DNA from: Eledone cirrhosa
Lineage: Eukaryota
NCBI GenBank assembly: GCA_964016885.1
Contig: OZ024740.1
Location: 166,718,001-166,782,000 of the forward strand
Direction: 5' to 3'
DNA: 64,000 nucleotides
In this document: positions 24,435-37,969 of the stretch, piece by piece
Numbering within the stretch: the stretch's first letter is position 1
How the letters are laid out: each line of letters begins with the position of its first letter
Program-made: the position numbers and the translations under genes
Notes under the pieces: generated by a model
The model's database searches: none
The model's input: the letters and a program-made list of their open reading frames with translations, nothing else
Told to the model about the DNA's origin: nothing

Positions 24435-26590
24435 CAGCCAGAGTGGTTGTCCCAGAAGACACTGTCCTCCAACACACTGAGGAGATGCTGGCTGCCCTGT
24501 GACTCAAGCACCCTGAGTCACCCGCTGACCTCGGACGCATACCCCCACCCGATCCCCACCTGCTCCTTTTGGCTTCCGACGCATACATCATATCTGCCAT
24601 CAAGTCCTTCCCAGCTAGCAGCAGCGGAGATGCTGATGGTCTCCGACCAGGCCAACTCAGGGAGTTGCTATCTCCCCTCACAACTGAGGCCGGGCGCCGC
24701 CTTTTGTGTGCAATTGTGGAACTCACCAATAAGCTTATCCATGGCACCCTTTATCCTCACGCTCGAGTCCTCTTTTTTCCGGCTAGCCTGACCACTCTTA
24801 GGAAGAAGGAGAGTGGCATACGCCCTATCGCTGTGGCAATGTCTTCCGGAGGTTGGCTACTAAGGTGGTCTGCAGGTCTATAACAGCTGAACTGGGTGAG
24901 GAATTCAGTCCATTGTAACTGGGTGTCGGCGTGTTCAATGGTTGTGATGGCGCCGCATATGCTAACAGGCAGTTCTTCAATAGCTGCCCACCGGAACCGG
25001 CATCAAGGGATTCCAGGCACCTCATTGTCAAGCTTGACACGTGGAATGACTTTAAGTGCATACACCGGGACCATCTGCTCGTATAGAACACATTTCCCGG
25101 TGTATCACGGCCCCTCTCAACGTACCTGGATAATGCTACGCTGGGCGGGCTCGTGGTTCCTGCCCTTGCGGGAATCAGCCTCCAGGTTAACTCGTCCAAG
25201 TCGGAGGTGATGAATGTCAGCCATGATGCTGAGAGCTTTGCAGCATCTGTCTCGGACGTGCGGTCCAATCTCCACCAGATACAGGTGACCTCCAAAGAGG
25301 ATCTCCTCATCCTCGGACACCGATCCACCCGCCGGCCAACCGCTCCACCATCAGGTCTAGGCTCCAACAGTTCAAGACCCTCCCGAGCCGACTGGGGTTG
25401 ATCGACGGCCACGCAGCTCTCTTCCTGTTGAGGAACTGATTGGCCATGCCGCAGCTCCTCTACACTCTTAGCAGCGGTCCGTGCTACATAATTGTATCCG
25501 AGCGGCAGCTGAGGAGATATGCAAAGTCAGGTTTGACGAAATTGGATGGCATCAGGCCACATTACCTCTCAGATATGGTGGCCTTGGCCTCCGGTTCCCG
25601 ATCTCGCTAGCTCTGCCTGCGGTTCTTTCATCGGTAACCTCATGCCGCGTCCTCGTCAGCAGGGTACTCCAAATCACAATAGAAACCCCTGTGTTCGTGG
25701 AACGTGAGGTCGCCTGTGAAACGTTTGACAAGCTGAGGCGTCCCTCCTCCTTCTCCCCTGCTGACGTCAAGACCCCCTAAAGCGTATGGGATGCCAGCCA
25801 GTACAGTCTGGCCCCAGACAGGTTCACGCGCCAGCTCGATCAGCACCGCCTTGCCTGTTTTTGCGCGGCCTCCAAATCTGTCAGTGGTGCCTGGCTCCAT
25901 GCCTTTCCCTTCTTCTTCACTGACACGCAGCTGGATAACGATAGCCTGCACATCGACATTTCCTTGAGGCTTGGACTCCGGATCTGCGAGCCACATAGAT
26001 GTCGCTGTGGATCCACTGTGGACTATTTCGGCCTCCACCCGCTTTCCTGTCGCCACAGTCCGGCCGCCTTCCATGCCATGCTGCCCTCAACGAAGTCATT
26101 AAGCATGGCTTGGGCTCTGCAGGCTTCCCCTCCCAGCTCGAGCCAGTGGGGTTTGACCAAGGGGAAGGCAAAAGGCAAGACGGTATGACATTCTTCCAGT
26201 TCCGTGGTGACAAACCCCTTGTCTGGGGTCTCACTTGCAGCGACACTTTCTCAAACTGCACTCTGTGACAACCAAGGTACTGCTGCACGTCGGGCTGAGG
26301 AGGCCAAACTCTCCAAGTACCGGTCGCTCTCCGACAGGTTCGCGGTGTCCTTGGCCCTAGGGCTACCTCCCTATTCACCACTATTGGCGCTGAGCTGGCC
26401 AGCCCTATGTGTGAGCCTCGCGAGTTATAATGGCTCTTCCAGCGCATATCCCTTACCTTCCTCCGGGGAAACGCCTTCTCTATCCTGTCCGCCGGGGCTG
26501 TGGGGAGGCCAGCAGGTGGGATCCCATTTGCTCACCATACGGATTAATAGGCAAAGTTATAAACTATTGTAAATAAAAAGCAAAAAAAAC
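24435..26590 (+). mobile_element. CRE-clade non-LTR retrotransposon (RT plus restriction-like endonuclease), 5'-truncated and decayed
   Basis: AIKSFPASSSGDADGLRPGQL, LRKKESGIRPIAV, WHQATLPLRYGGLGLR, RLGLRICEPHRCRCG, HAALNEVI..LEP..GKRQDG..LVWGLTCSDT (cf. RPDG..WD.T), AARRAEEAKLSKY, WLFQRISL..LRGNA. A-rich 3' end at ~26571-26590. Frameshifts; most of the RT core is deleted. Confidence 0.88.
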
Positions 26591-28129
26591 ACGCCAGAAT
26601 ATAACGTATCTCTTTTAGTCTAACGGTCGCTAATTTCATAGCCTTTGTAGTAGAACAGCTAAGAACTGCACTCATAGGAAGACAAACAAAGGAGACAGTA
26701 TACAGTTATATGAACTTTAATCATCTTATGCTGTAATTATGAAACCATTAACTTTTTTCTATTCTATTTTCCGATTGTGAAATGTCTGACAAGGCAGCAT
26801 TGCTTTACAATGAGAATCGATTCAGGTGCAGCCTAAGAGTATTGTAAAGTTATACGGACAATATTTCACACTTTCAGAACTCAAGAAGAACCAGCAGGTA
26901 ACAAATAAACTAATGTAATCCACCTCATAATTATGACGTCTTTGACAATACTGGTAAGAAACTTCTATTGTCGCTGCACATAAATATCACAGACTTTGTC
27001 ATTATTATAAACGTAAGATTAGATAATTTTGTCCTTGTCAAGATTGCTTTATTCATGGTGATGTCTCATTATCGTTACACACAAAACCACACACACGTAC
27101 GCATACTTATACACACACCCCAACACGCACGCATACATTCATACATACATGCATGTGTGTGTAGGTGGGGGTGAGCGAGTATGCCTGTACATACGTTCTT
27201 TCGTAGTTGATGTAAGTAAATCGAGATTTGCTCACACAAATTTTTGTCACCATTGTATGAATTTTCAAAGTTTTTTAATGCATTGATGTAGGTCCGGTAC
27301 ATAATGCACTAGATTTTTGCATCTTTACCTACCAACGGGTATGTCTTCAGTCATTTTAGAAAAACATACAACCATATTTTTCACCAAACAATGAATATCT
27401 TTTGGTTAAATCTGCATCATTCTATATTTTATTGAATGGTTTGCTCAAAGTGTTACGACTAGCAGGTTGTTTATTTTCTGTGCCGCTGCATGATTGTAAT
27501 AGAGTGAGCCCCTTTAAGAGCTTCCATGGCCCAGACGGTAATACTGAATTTATTCCTCCAGCAAGGAATTCAGAAAGAGAAGTCTAAAAAAGAAACAGAT
27601 AGTACAAGGCAGTCACTCTTTAAATAATTATGAATGCATTGGAAAATGTCACCCGTAAATAAATCCTTAAAGTCTGTTTAACTTTTACAATTCTTTTTAT
27701 TTTTATTGTTTCCAAAAGACAGAAACACAGAGCGGATTACCCTATTCATGGTCTCCTTGACAGATGAGGAAGATATCCCCAAACTGGGGACTGCTCTAGA
27801 ATGCTTGCAAAGAATTGACGCTGCTAAATGCACCTGAAGTCCATGTATGTGGTGATGTAAAAGCTGATGACATTCCACAAACCAATACAACAATTGCGTA
27901 ATTCTATAGTGTATTTGAAGGTATATTCGAAGGAGAAAAGACCAGCGTTTCTGTGGCTGATGAAAACAAATGAAGGAGGGTCCCTCAGACCAAAGACCTC
28001 TGCACGTTTGCAAAAGAGTTATCGGCATCCGCCATCCAGAAGATAATCTTTACCAAGTGACAAGTTTAGTCCAACAGCAAAGAATTAAGAAAGTGAAATT
28101 TAGAAAAATATAATTCGACACCCTAACAA

Positions 28130-28385
28130 TTCGTACTTTATTTTATAGACAACTGAAAAAAGGCAAGTCAAAAGATGAATTTAGTAGGATTTGAATTCAG
28201 ATTTAAAAAAAAAAAAAAAAAAAAAAAAATGGAACAAACATTGCAAGGAATTTAATCATACTATTCTCCCTAATAGGCTCCGATGCGAGATTTGTATGAA
28301 AAGTATTTGTCAAGGACGCAGGAAATGAATCCGAACCTGAAATCAAGTAGTTCAGAATCAAAAGTTCCTGACCACACAGCCATAC
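28130..28385 (-). mobile_element. Old diverged SINE fragments
   Basis: gtactttattttat...ggatttgaattcaga resembles family A. ...gaacctgaaatc...gaccacacagccatac resembles a reverse tRNA-like head. Confidence 0.45.
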
Positions 28386-28599
28386 TCATGTACAATAGAT
28401 ATCCTAAATGAGAATTGTATATGCATCGACAGTCTTTCATAATTAATGTACTTGAGAGAGAGATGACATATTTAGCTGAAATTTACAATATCGCTTTTCC
28501 TTACTCTAGCTACTAATTTTGCTGCTGCTGTTGTTTGTCTTTTTTCTGCAGCTATAACTGCTTGACAGATGTCGATGCTGTTATTTGTTGCTGCTGCTG

Positions 28600-28602
28600 A
28601 TG

Positions 28603-28649
<47 letters not shown>

Positions 28650-28703
28650 GTTGCTGCTGCCACCGCCACTGCCTTTGCTGCTGCTCTGCCACCGCTGCTG
28701 CCG

Positions 28704-28740
<37 letters not shown>
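28600..28740. repeat. (CTA)n/(CTG)n microsatellite
   Basis: Direct reading. Confidence 0.95.
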
Positions 28741-28742
<2 letters not shown>

Positions 28743-28984
28743 TCTTTCAAATACTATTAATACTCCTCAGTTACTTAGGTCGGATTTTCGCCTAGCCCTT
28801 TTATTCTAGGATATTCTAGGTTAGCTGCTACAACAGGGCTCAAATACACCTGCAAAATAAACCATCGGCCTAACTGTGAGGCGTTCTCTAACTGTACGTA
28901 TTTGACAGCTAATATAGCAGAAGACGCATTGATCCAGGGCATCAGACTTTCGAATACAATGCCTAATCCTACGCCATAGTCTAA

Positions 28985-29230
28985 AACCTGTCTTAAGCCA
29001 GCAGGCTCGTTAGGCCGGTGCTTTTCCCGGTTTCATGACGTGAAGCGACTGAGAGTAAATACTCCTCCCTGGACTGGATTCCGGCCCATCGCAGCGTTAA
29101 ACCCCTCATTTTCATCTGAATATACAGGAGAAACGTGAAATGAGGTGTTTTGCTCAAGAACACTACACGTAAACCTGCCGAGCAATCGAATGCACGTCAT
29201 TATGATCGTATTTCCAACACCCTTAAAACT
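28985..29230 (-). mobile_element. SINE family B (tRNA head plus CORE-like block)
   Basis: gtgaaatgaggtgttttgctcaagaacac (reverse of a CORE-like gtgttcttgagcaaaacac), followed by a reverse B-box-like aatcgaa. A diverged plus-strand relative lies at ~40824-41014. Confidence 0.6.
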
Positions 29231-29275
29231 ATATAAGACGTCTGCGCATATATAGGGATTGAGTTTTATTGCTTA

Positions 29276-30167
29276 CTAGCAGTGGTACGCAGCGTTGCAC
29301 GGGATAAGGTATTTTGGAACGCGGGCCGCCAACAGACCTAATCGTAGAAAAACTGCATGCCTGGACAATATGTAAAGAAAGTAAACCGAATACTCTGATG
29401 TCTGGATAATCTTTAAGATTTTCCTCCATGAAGGAGGAAGAATGCAGGTTTTCACCTAATGCGGGCCCTAGGGGATCAAGAAAATGAATTTTTTTAATGT
29501 GCATAATATGCTTTGAAATTTCGGGAAACATCGGTTAGACTTAACGCCTCAGAAAGCCCTAAAAAGCTTTTAAAATGCAGTTTTTCACCTAATGCGGGCC
29601 CTAGGAGATCAAAATGTTGAATTTCAAGGAAACAAGTCTGACGTAACGACTCAAAAAACCCCTAAAAGCCTGAAACAACGCAGTTTTTCAACTAATGCGT
29701 GCCCTAGTGGATGAAAAAGTTGAATTTTGTTATGTGCATAACACTCCCTGAAACATAAGTAATACACATGTAAAGTTTGAAAAGAATCGGTTGGGTACTT
29801 CTCGAGTTTTAGGGATTCAAACTCACAGACACACACACACTCACACTCAAACACACAGAGAGACATCCTCAGGGAAGTGACGTAATGCAGACAGCCAGAC
29901 TTACAGACATATTATAAGGGCGCGACGTTATATGTATGTATCTATCTAAAAAGAGGAAGACTAAGAATTATATAGAGAGATCGCCAAACTCGTCCAATGC
30001 GGTCCCTAAGGCATTGGAAATTTGAAATTATTTTTGCTCAGAACACTCCCTGAAACATAAGTATTACATGTGTAAAGTTTGAAAACAGTCGGTTGGGTGG
30101 TTCTCTAGTTTTGGGGATTCAAACTAACACACACACAGACAGACATCCTCAGTTTTATATATATAGA
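29276..30167 (-). mobile_element. Non-autonomous Helitron
   Basis: The minus strand starts TCTATATATATAAAACTGAGGATGTCTGTCTGTGTG at 30167 and ends with a hairpin remnant plus CTAG|T at 29276. Internal repeats cctaatgcgggccctagg at ~29455, 29588 and 29692; duplicated block 29740-29872 / 30042-30152. Confidence 0.8.
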
Positions 30168-30731
30168 CTAGCAGAAAACCACCCGGTGGGCGGTTTTCTG
30201 CTAGCAAATCTAGTGTATATACTGATATTGTTGAGATTTGGATGAGAAATGTTTTCGGCACCACATGTTCTCCGTCTATCGGTGTGTCTTTTATGCATGT
30301 ATAAATATATATGTTATCTATACGGTGAAATCTTTGAAATAAATATATGTTAAAACGAAAAAGGAGAAAAAGAGATTAGTGACGGAAATATAAACGTTTT
30401 GATACATAAACGTTATGATATAACGATGGAAATATATCTTCAAATGGTCCTTGGTATGGTGTCAAGTCAGAACCGCCTCGAACTGGTTACTTCTGGCTTG
30501 TGCAAGGTGTCTCTATAGCAACCAGCGATTCCCTCGACCTCAGTGACCAAAGTCAGTGGAGAGGGGAAGGTAATGTTTCTATAGCGACAGTATTTCTCTT
30601 GTCTTGGTAGTACCAACGTGGAGAAAAGAAGGGGAAGTTAATATTTCTGTAGCACCTACATTTGAGTTTTAGGGAAGGACAGACAGACAGACAGACAGAC
30701 AAACAGAGAAATGCCCATATATTTCTATGTG

Positions 30732-30735
<4 letters not shown>
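30168..30735 (-). mobile_element. Probable second non-autonomous Helitron-like element abutting the first
   Basis: CTAG end at 30168 with a 37 bp palindrome. A (GACA)n subterminal repeat at ~30677-30700 precedes a TA tract, as in the neighbouring element. Confidence 0.45.
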
Positions 30736-30796
<61 letters not shown>

Positions 30797-30993
30797 CACA
30801 CACAGAAATGTATATATATATTTCTGTGTGTGTATATATATATATATTACACACACATAAATGTATATATATTTCTTAGAACAAAATTATTATTAATGTT
30901 TTGCTGTTCATAACATTTGGAATTGAAAAATTACTTTTGAAATTTTTAGTTATTTTACTAATGCTTAGATACGTAAAAATGAAGAAATGTTTC

Positions 30994-31188
30994 TAATAAT
31001 TGTTTCTACTTTTGGCACAAGGCCAGCAATTACCCAGTACATTATTGGTACTTTATTTTATCGGCCCCGTGAGGATGAAAGGCGAAGTTAACCTCAGCGG
31101 TATTTGAACTCAGACCGCAAAGCGACGTAACTCCATGCTATGAAGCATGGTGTCCGACTCTCTACAGATTCTGCCAATCCACCGCCCT
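30994..31188 (-). mobile_element. SINE family A, full length
   Basis: Complete body and head ending ...gccaatccaccgccc. Confidence 0.92.
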
Positions 31189-31994
31189 AATGTCTGTACG
31201 TAATGAGGGAGTGAGAGGGGAGAGAAAGAAAGGCAGAGGTGAAGTGACGAAGTGACTCTCTCCTCCTCCTCCATCTCCCCATTCGTCACAGCGATAGAGG
31301 GGAGGAATGTTAGTGTGTTACAAAGAGAAAGAGTGAGAGTGAGAGAAACAGACAGACTAAAAGAGGGGGATAGCTGGAGAGAGAGAGAGATAGCAATCAC
31401 GCGCGCACGTGTTTCCACTGTCGGACAGACAGGCAGAGAAATTGCTGGTTATATATTATAAGGAGATATGATATCGAATGTTTATTGCTCAAAATAGTCA
31501 CAGAGCTCTTGAAGGTAAGAACCATGCTTCTATATCTTGAGAAAGGTCCATCTGCTTTGTTTATATATATGCAGTTAACCCTCATACCTGAAGGTCGTTC
31601 TGTCTGCCATCTGAAAACTCAGTACACCTACATATCTAATTGATTTATAGATTAGAATGTAACAGGTTACAGCATTCCGTGTTAATGTGGTCTTGGAAGC
31701 AGGGACGACAAATGTGTGTCTCAACAATCCTCAGACATTGAACACGGGCACTCACCAACGTCTGGGGTAGAGTGCCACACCTGCGATAAATAAATATAAA
31801 TAACCTTTCTATACAATTAATACCGAACAGATAGCAACAAATATAACCACAATAACAACACAACTTATAATCTGTGTTGTTATTGTGGTTTTCACTTGTA
31901 ATTACTAATTGAAAGAAATACTACATGGAAATTTGCTATAGCAATTTATTACTTACAAATATAATTTCTAGCACCGACATGGCTTGACATTTAA

Positions 31995-32172
31995 GAAAAC
32001 AAAAGAGTCAATTAAATCCAGCCCAGTATTAGACGGGTAGATTAGATTCACGACAATAATAGGAGTAAACAGTAAATACACAGTGATTTGAAATCAGATT
32101 GCAAGCATCGAAACTAAGCAACGCATAAAATTTAGTCTTTCAATCTACCAATTTTACTAACTTTACCACCTG
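31995..32172 (-). mobile_element. Old diverged SINE copy
   Basis: gcccagtattagacgggta...gatttgaaatcaga...tctaccaattttactaactttaccacc is colinear with family A. Confidence 0.4.
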
Positions 32173-32573
32173 CCATGGTCGTGTACATGCAAACACTTAT
32201 ATTATGGAGTTATTTGAGGAAATTACTAAAACAATCGCACAGCATGAAGAAGTTTCTTTGACAGCATTAATACTAACATGTAAATATACCTCGATATCAC
32301 AGATTAGATTTTCATGCTTTGTTGCTCTATAAGTAATATATTAACGGTTGCTATTCTAAAACTAATATGCACATTAGCTGATTATGTGTGAAATGTAACG
32401 TATACATGGTAATAAACTGTTTCTTCACAGCATCGTAACAGCGGGTTAAACGAACTCTGAAGAAAAGTTAATAAAATGAGAATTTGTGTAATTAGTTCGA
32501 TATCGAAGCCGCAACACAAAAGATGCATGTTTCCCAGGATTAATATGCATACGTAAGTACATACATACATACA

Positions 32574-35500
32574 GTCAACAGTCAACGCGATCAGTCACAT
32601 ATTTGGGCGTAGGAGACTATTTATTAAATTTAAGATGAATACTATCTCCGACAATAATGCCAAGACTACAGTCATGTTGAATAACTGGTTATTCTTCTAA
32701 ATATATCTTCTGAAGACACCTTTTATCGAATTCGTAGAGATATCCGACTAAATACATAATTCATTTTACAAGTATTTGCTACAAACAGCATGGCTGAACA
32801 CAACATCAACAACAAAATTAAGGAAGTATCGAAGACAAACAACAAGAAAGGTAAACAAATTTTATTCAGTTGTAGCTACAGAAGAGACCGAAATTATAAA
32901 TCGCATTTCTCTTGGAGTTGCAAACTTAATAATGATTTATTTAATTGTTATAAAATGGCAAAAAACAATCCCTCCATTTGCTATATTAACAGAATTAAGC
33001 TACACTGGGACGAAATACACCAAGCAACATAATTATTTCACAGCGAAACAATTATGCCAACAAGCGACGTTTGTTGAACGTAAAAATAAGATAAATAGTA
33101 TTAATTGTAAGCCCCCACAACAAACATAGGATCAACAACACGTGCTACAGGTCGCCATGCTACTAGACATCCTAGCAGCCAGGTCGAACAGCACCTTGAA
33201 ACAACTATGCCTGTAAGAAACTTGATACCACCTGTACCATTTAAGTCTACCTCGAATGCTGGGGAAAACACTATCGATAATAATAATAATCGAGGAAATA
33301 ATAATAATAATCGAAGAAATTTGACACCACGTGTACCATCCGAGTCTACCTCGACTGTTGTAGAAAATATTATCGATAATGATAATAATCAAAAGTATAA
33401 ACAAGTGAAAATTTCCCTCAACGAAACCTTCCAGAGAGAAATTAATTCATGTATAAATATCTCTCTTGCTGAACGTATTAAAATGACAATGTTTAATAAA
33501 AAAACAACAAAATAATGAAATATTACGTGTTATTGAAGAAATAGGGGATGAATATTTACGACGGATAAAAACCCCAACATTTTGGCAAATCAACACCTGC
33601 TTATATGCCTGAGCAACGACATTGAAGCATTATCTTGGTGATAGGAGAGATATTAACAAGAACAGAACACCACCAAAAATAACACCATATATAACTAAAA
33701 TAGAAAAAAAATATTGCTGACCTACGAAAAACCATATGATATGTGGCAATGCTCCTTACATGCAAACAAACACAAAAAATCCTCACTCCTCACCAACAAA
33801 GAGTGAAAAATAAAATAGAAACGATGTTTGGTAACAGTAGAACCAGAACTCTTCAATATAAACTGATCACCTTCAAACAAGAATTGAGAGCTGTTAGCGA
33901 AAAACGCCGATACCTGAAGAAGGTAGCTGAGAGAAAAGTGCTTAATAAAAGATTCAGACGAAACCAAACAGTCTATAGAGATATGAAGAACAAAATAATA
34001 AGTGTCACTGAGGCCCCATCCCAGAAAGACAGATTCCTTTTGGAGCAAAATATGGGGTGAAAAGAAGTTTTTCAACCAAGGTGGCTAAGAGAAATCCGAA
34101 AGAACTATTGCTCCTACACTACAACAAAAACATACGAAATAAGTAAGGGTGCCCTTGAGAATGTGATAGGAAAATTACAAGATAAGAAAACACCAGGAAG
34201 AGACACGATTGTCGGCAACTGGTACAAAAAACTGATATTCTATCGGAGGTATCTTACTGACCTCTACCAACAAGTTCTTAAGGGAGATACACTTATACCA
34301 GAATGGTTGACATTAGAACAAACATTACTGGACCCCAAGAAAAAATACACCCACTTGGCAAAAAGCTACCGACCCGTTGTATGCCATAACCTGATGTATA
34401 AGATGTATACAGCCTGACTGAACCTATTCCTCCAAGATCACTGTGAAAATTATACCATCATCACAGATGAACAAGCAGCTGGAAAGAAAGGGGTTTGGGG
34501 ATGTGTTGAACAACTCCGAATCAACAAAATTGCGATGTCGGAGGTGCGACAACTTAGGGGGAATATGGCTACAGTCTGGCTGGACTACAGGAAAGCTTTC
34601 GATTCTGTTCCCCACTCTCGGATGATAGAGGCCCTCCAACTTGATAAAGTCCCAGACATCATTGTCAGAGCCAGAGAGAGGCTGTCTTCTTCTTGGGCTA
34701 CTATCCTAAGGTTAAAGACAGAGAGGGGGACTCTATTTTTACTGATAAAATAAAATATTTCAGGGTTATATTTCAGGGGGACAGTCTCTCTGTGATATAA
34801 TTTATCCTGTCATTAAACCCCTTGTCCTTTCTGATCAAGAAATGTGAGGGATACATCATTGGCTCACAGGAGGACAGAAATATGAACCTAACCCATAATT
34901 TCTTTGTGTACGATTTGAAACTCTATGCCAAGATCATGGATGGGATGAAGAAAAATCTTGACCTGGTTACAACGTTGTCAAAGGATATAGGAATGGCGTG
35001 TGGCCAAGATAAATGCTCATACATGATTGTAAAGCGGGGAAAAACAAGAACCCAATCTAGCAACATTGTCATCAATGGCCTAACTGTTTCACTGATATCT
35101 GATAAGGAGTGCTACAAATACCTGGTGATAGATGAGAACATATCCTATAATGGTATATGTAATAAAGAACGCGTAACCAGGGATACTACACCCGATTGAG
35201 AAAGATCTGGTCATCGGAACTCTCTGCGCAAAAAAAAAACAGTGGCTCACAAAGTATTTGCTGAGCCTGTCCTAACACTAACGTTTGGAATACTCAATTG
35301 GACAATAGACAAAATCCGAGCAGTTGGAACTCGAAAAATACTAAACAACACCGGAAACTTCCACATCAACAGTGACATAGACCGCATTTACTTGAAACGT
35401 AAGCAGGGAGGCAGAGGCCTAACATCAGTCCTGACAACATTTGAATGTCGCATCATATCCCTCCGACAACATCTACGAACCTCGAAGCATAGGAGCCCGT

Positions 35501-36681
35501 TTCTTGAGCAAGTCTATATGCATGAAACAGATAAGATCATGAGAGTTGGGAAGGAACTACTCGAGTGATATTCCCTGTGTGATAATCAAAAACTCACACC
35601 CAGGGAAGTCCCTCAGCAGTATCGCAGTGAATCGATGGAGGAAAAACTGCATGCTTATCAGCAAAAAATCATGCATTGATATGTTGCCAGTAATCTCCAG
35701 AGTGAGTGTAATATAGATAAGGAAAGTAGTCCATATTGGACCAACAACCGCTATATTGGCTCCCACATTGAAGGATACGCTTTTGCAATCCAAGAACATG
35801 AGATTATCACGAAATACCTGATTCACAAAAGAGATAGGGATGCAGGCAAAACACCTAGATGTGATAACAAGTGCAGACTCTGCAGAACTAACATCGAGGA
35901 TATCACCCATGTCATCAGCAGCTGTCCAAAGATCTCATCGCGGTACTATCTACCTATGAGGTATGATGGAGTCGGCAAAACACTGTACAATGCAGTTCGT
36001 GAAAAAGATAGCCCCGATAATAAAGACAGTAAAAGCTACAGCAATGTGGAAGACATCCATGTACATAATATGAAAGAGTACTGGTGGAATGATCCAGTAA
36101 AAACCCCAATAAAATGCAGGCATAACAGACCAGATATTATGATATTGGACAGGGAAAAGAAAGCATGCACAGTAGTGGTATTTAGCTGCCCAGCAGATGC
36201 CAATATAATATCAAAGATTAGCGAAAAGGAGAATATTTATGCAGAACTGATGAGAAATCTGCAGATACTCCACCATGATTACACCTTCAGATTTATGCCC
36301 GAGATTATTGGGGCATTGGGTATGTTACTAACTGCCTCAATACAAATTTTGAGAAGCTAGGCTTCACAGGAACAGAAAGAACACAACTAGTTAGGAAATT
36401 ACAAGTACAATCCATTAATGGAAAATTAAAAATATGTAAAACATTCCAAAAATGTTCCATCTAATAACTGCATATACACATGTACAGATGCAAAGCATAT
36501 ACACATGCACACATACAACTCAAAACATCCCATCCACATATACAATAACATCCATATCTACACATGCATACATAATCTACCTAGTTGATGTGTAAATTCC
36601 AATGAGAGAGTCTTGTGTCTATGTTAGAAACCGGCTCTCTTTATTGGGAAACAAAGTTGTGAAATTATAAAACCAGAAGAA
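32574..36681 (+). mobile_element. R4/Dong-clade non-LTR retrotransposon, near full length, decayed single ORF (RT, CCHC, RLE)
   Basis: KTPGRDTI..WYKKL, PEWLT..YRPVVCHNLMYK, EQAAGKKGVWGC, VWLDYRKAFDSVPHS, IFQGDSLS, HNFFVYDLKLYA (FVDD mutated), DIGM..GQDKC, RIYLKRKQGGRGL, AIQEHEI, CRLC...EDITHVISSC, WWN...HNRPDIMILD..SCP...K..Y, IIGALG. Multiple stops and frameshifts. Flanked by (CATA)n. Confidence 0.92.
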
Positions 36682-36744
36682 CATACCTACATACATATAG
36701 ACTCATATATATATATATACACACATACATTCACACATACATAA

Positions 36745-37459
36745 AATGCAATCCGTAGAAGAGATAGCCCCGACAATAAACACATTAAAAGCTACAGCAA
36801 TGTGGAAGACATACATATACATAATATGAAAAAGTACTGGTGGATTATTCCAGTCAAAACCCCAATAAAATGCTGGCATAACAGACCAGATATGATGATA
36901 TGGGACGAGGAAAAGAAGGCATTCACCGTAGTGGGGGTTGGCTGCCCAGCAGATGCCAATATAATATTAAAGATTAGCGAAAAGGAGGATATTTATGCAG
37001 AACTAATGAGAAATCAAAAGATACTCCGCCCTGACTATACCTTCAGATGTATGCCTGTCATTATTGGGTCACTGGGGTATGTTAGTAACTGCCTCAATAC
37101 AAACCTTGAGAAGCTCGGCTTCACAGCAACAGAAAGATCATGACTAGTTAGGTAATTACAATTACAATCCATTAATGGAACAGTACAAATATATAAACAT
37201 CCCAAACATTCTGCATATAATAACTGCATATGCACTTGTACTGATGAACATATATGCACATGCACACATACAACTCAAAACATCCACATCCACACATACA
37301 GTAACATCCATACCCGAACACACATCCATGCATGCAGACTTGCATACATATCTACATAGTTGATATTGTGTAAATTCCAATGTGAGAGTGTTGTATCTAT
37401 GTTAGAAACCGAGTCTCTACCCATTGGCAAAAATTTGTGAAATTCTAAAACCAGAAGAA
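36745..37459 (+). mobile_element. Second, 5'-truncated copy of the same R4/Dong element (RLE plus 3' UTR)
   Basis: Colinear with 35989-36681 (HNRPDMMIWD..GCPAD..PVIIGSLG). Same 3' end aaaaccagaagaa followed by (CATA)n. Confidence 0.92.
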
Positions 37460-37478
37460 CATACATACATACATACAT

Positions 37479-37800
37479 GATGTCTGCCCCCTCGTTGTCG
37501 AGTATGACCATTGCATGATATACCATTATTAATAATTATTAATTAATTCTATCGTGCAATGCCTGTGCGTGTAGATTTTTTTAAAGTGAGGAAAGACTGT
37601 GCACTGAGCCAATCCCACTCTCTGAGCGACAGTAGCTATGACCCGAAAAAAGAAAAGATCAACACCATCGGTAACTACTGAGCCGCAGGTTTTATATCGG
37701 AGTTATCCCATCCCAGTTTCCTGATTTTCCTTCTCCTAGAAGAATGCTCTGACAAAGGCTAGGGGTCCTTGAGTCCCAATAGTTTAACCGCGCGATTGGG
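37479..37800 (-). mobile_element. Possible RTE-related non-autonomous element with (TATG)n tail
   Basis: ttttccttctcctaga...aaggctag resembles the reverse of RTE 5' regions. The left end ccccctcgttgtcgagtatgacca abuts (CATA)n. Confidence 0.4.
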
Positions 37801-37969
37801 TGTCCAGCTCGAATATTTGTCCCCGCGCATATACATACACATGCACGCATATATATACATATATACACACTTTTGGATGTGAACTTTACGAGTTCTTCCG
37901 CCCTTTGTCAGGTTTTCTTTTGTCCTGCAGTGTGTCCAAAATCACCCTCCGCACCAAGTAAACACCAAT

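Noticed and set aside
27730-28035. Possible RTE RT fragment
   Set aside because: Only vague similarity; no diagnostic motif is intact.
29440-30010. Spaced cctaatgcgggccctagg repeats as a CRISPR-like array
   Set aside because: Repeats are degenerate, irregularly spaced and internal to a Helitron; the context is eukaryotic with no cas genes.
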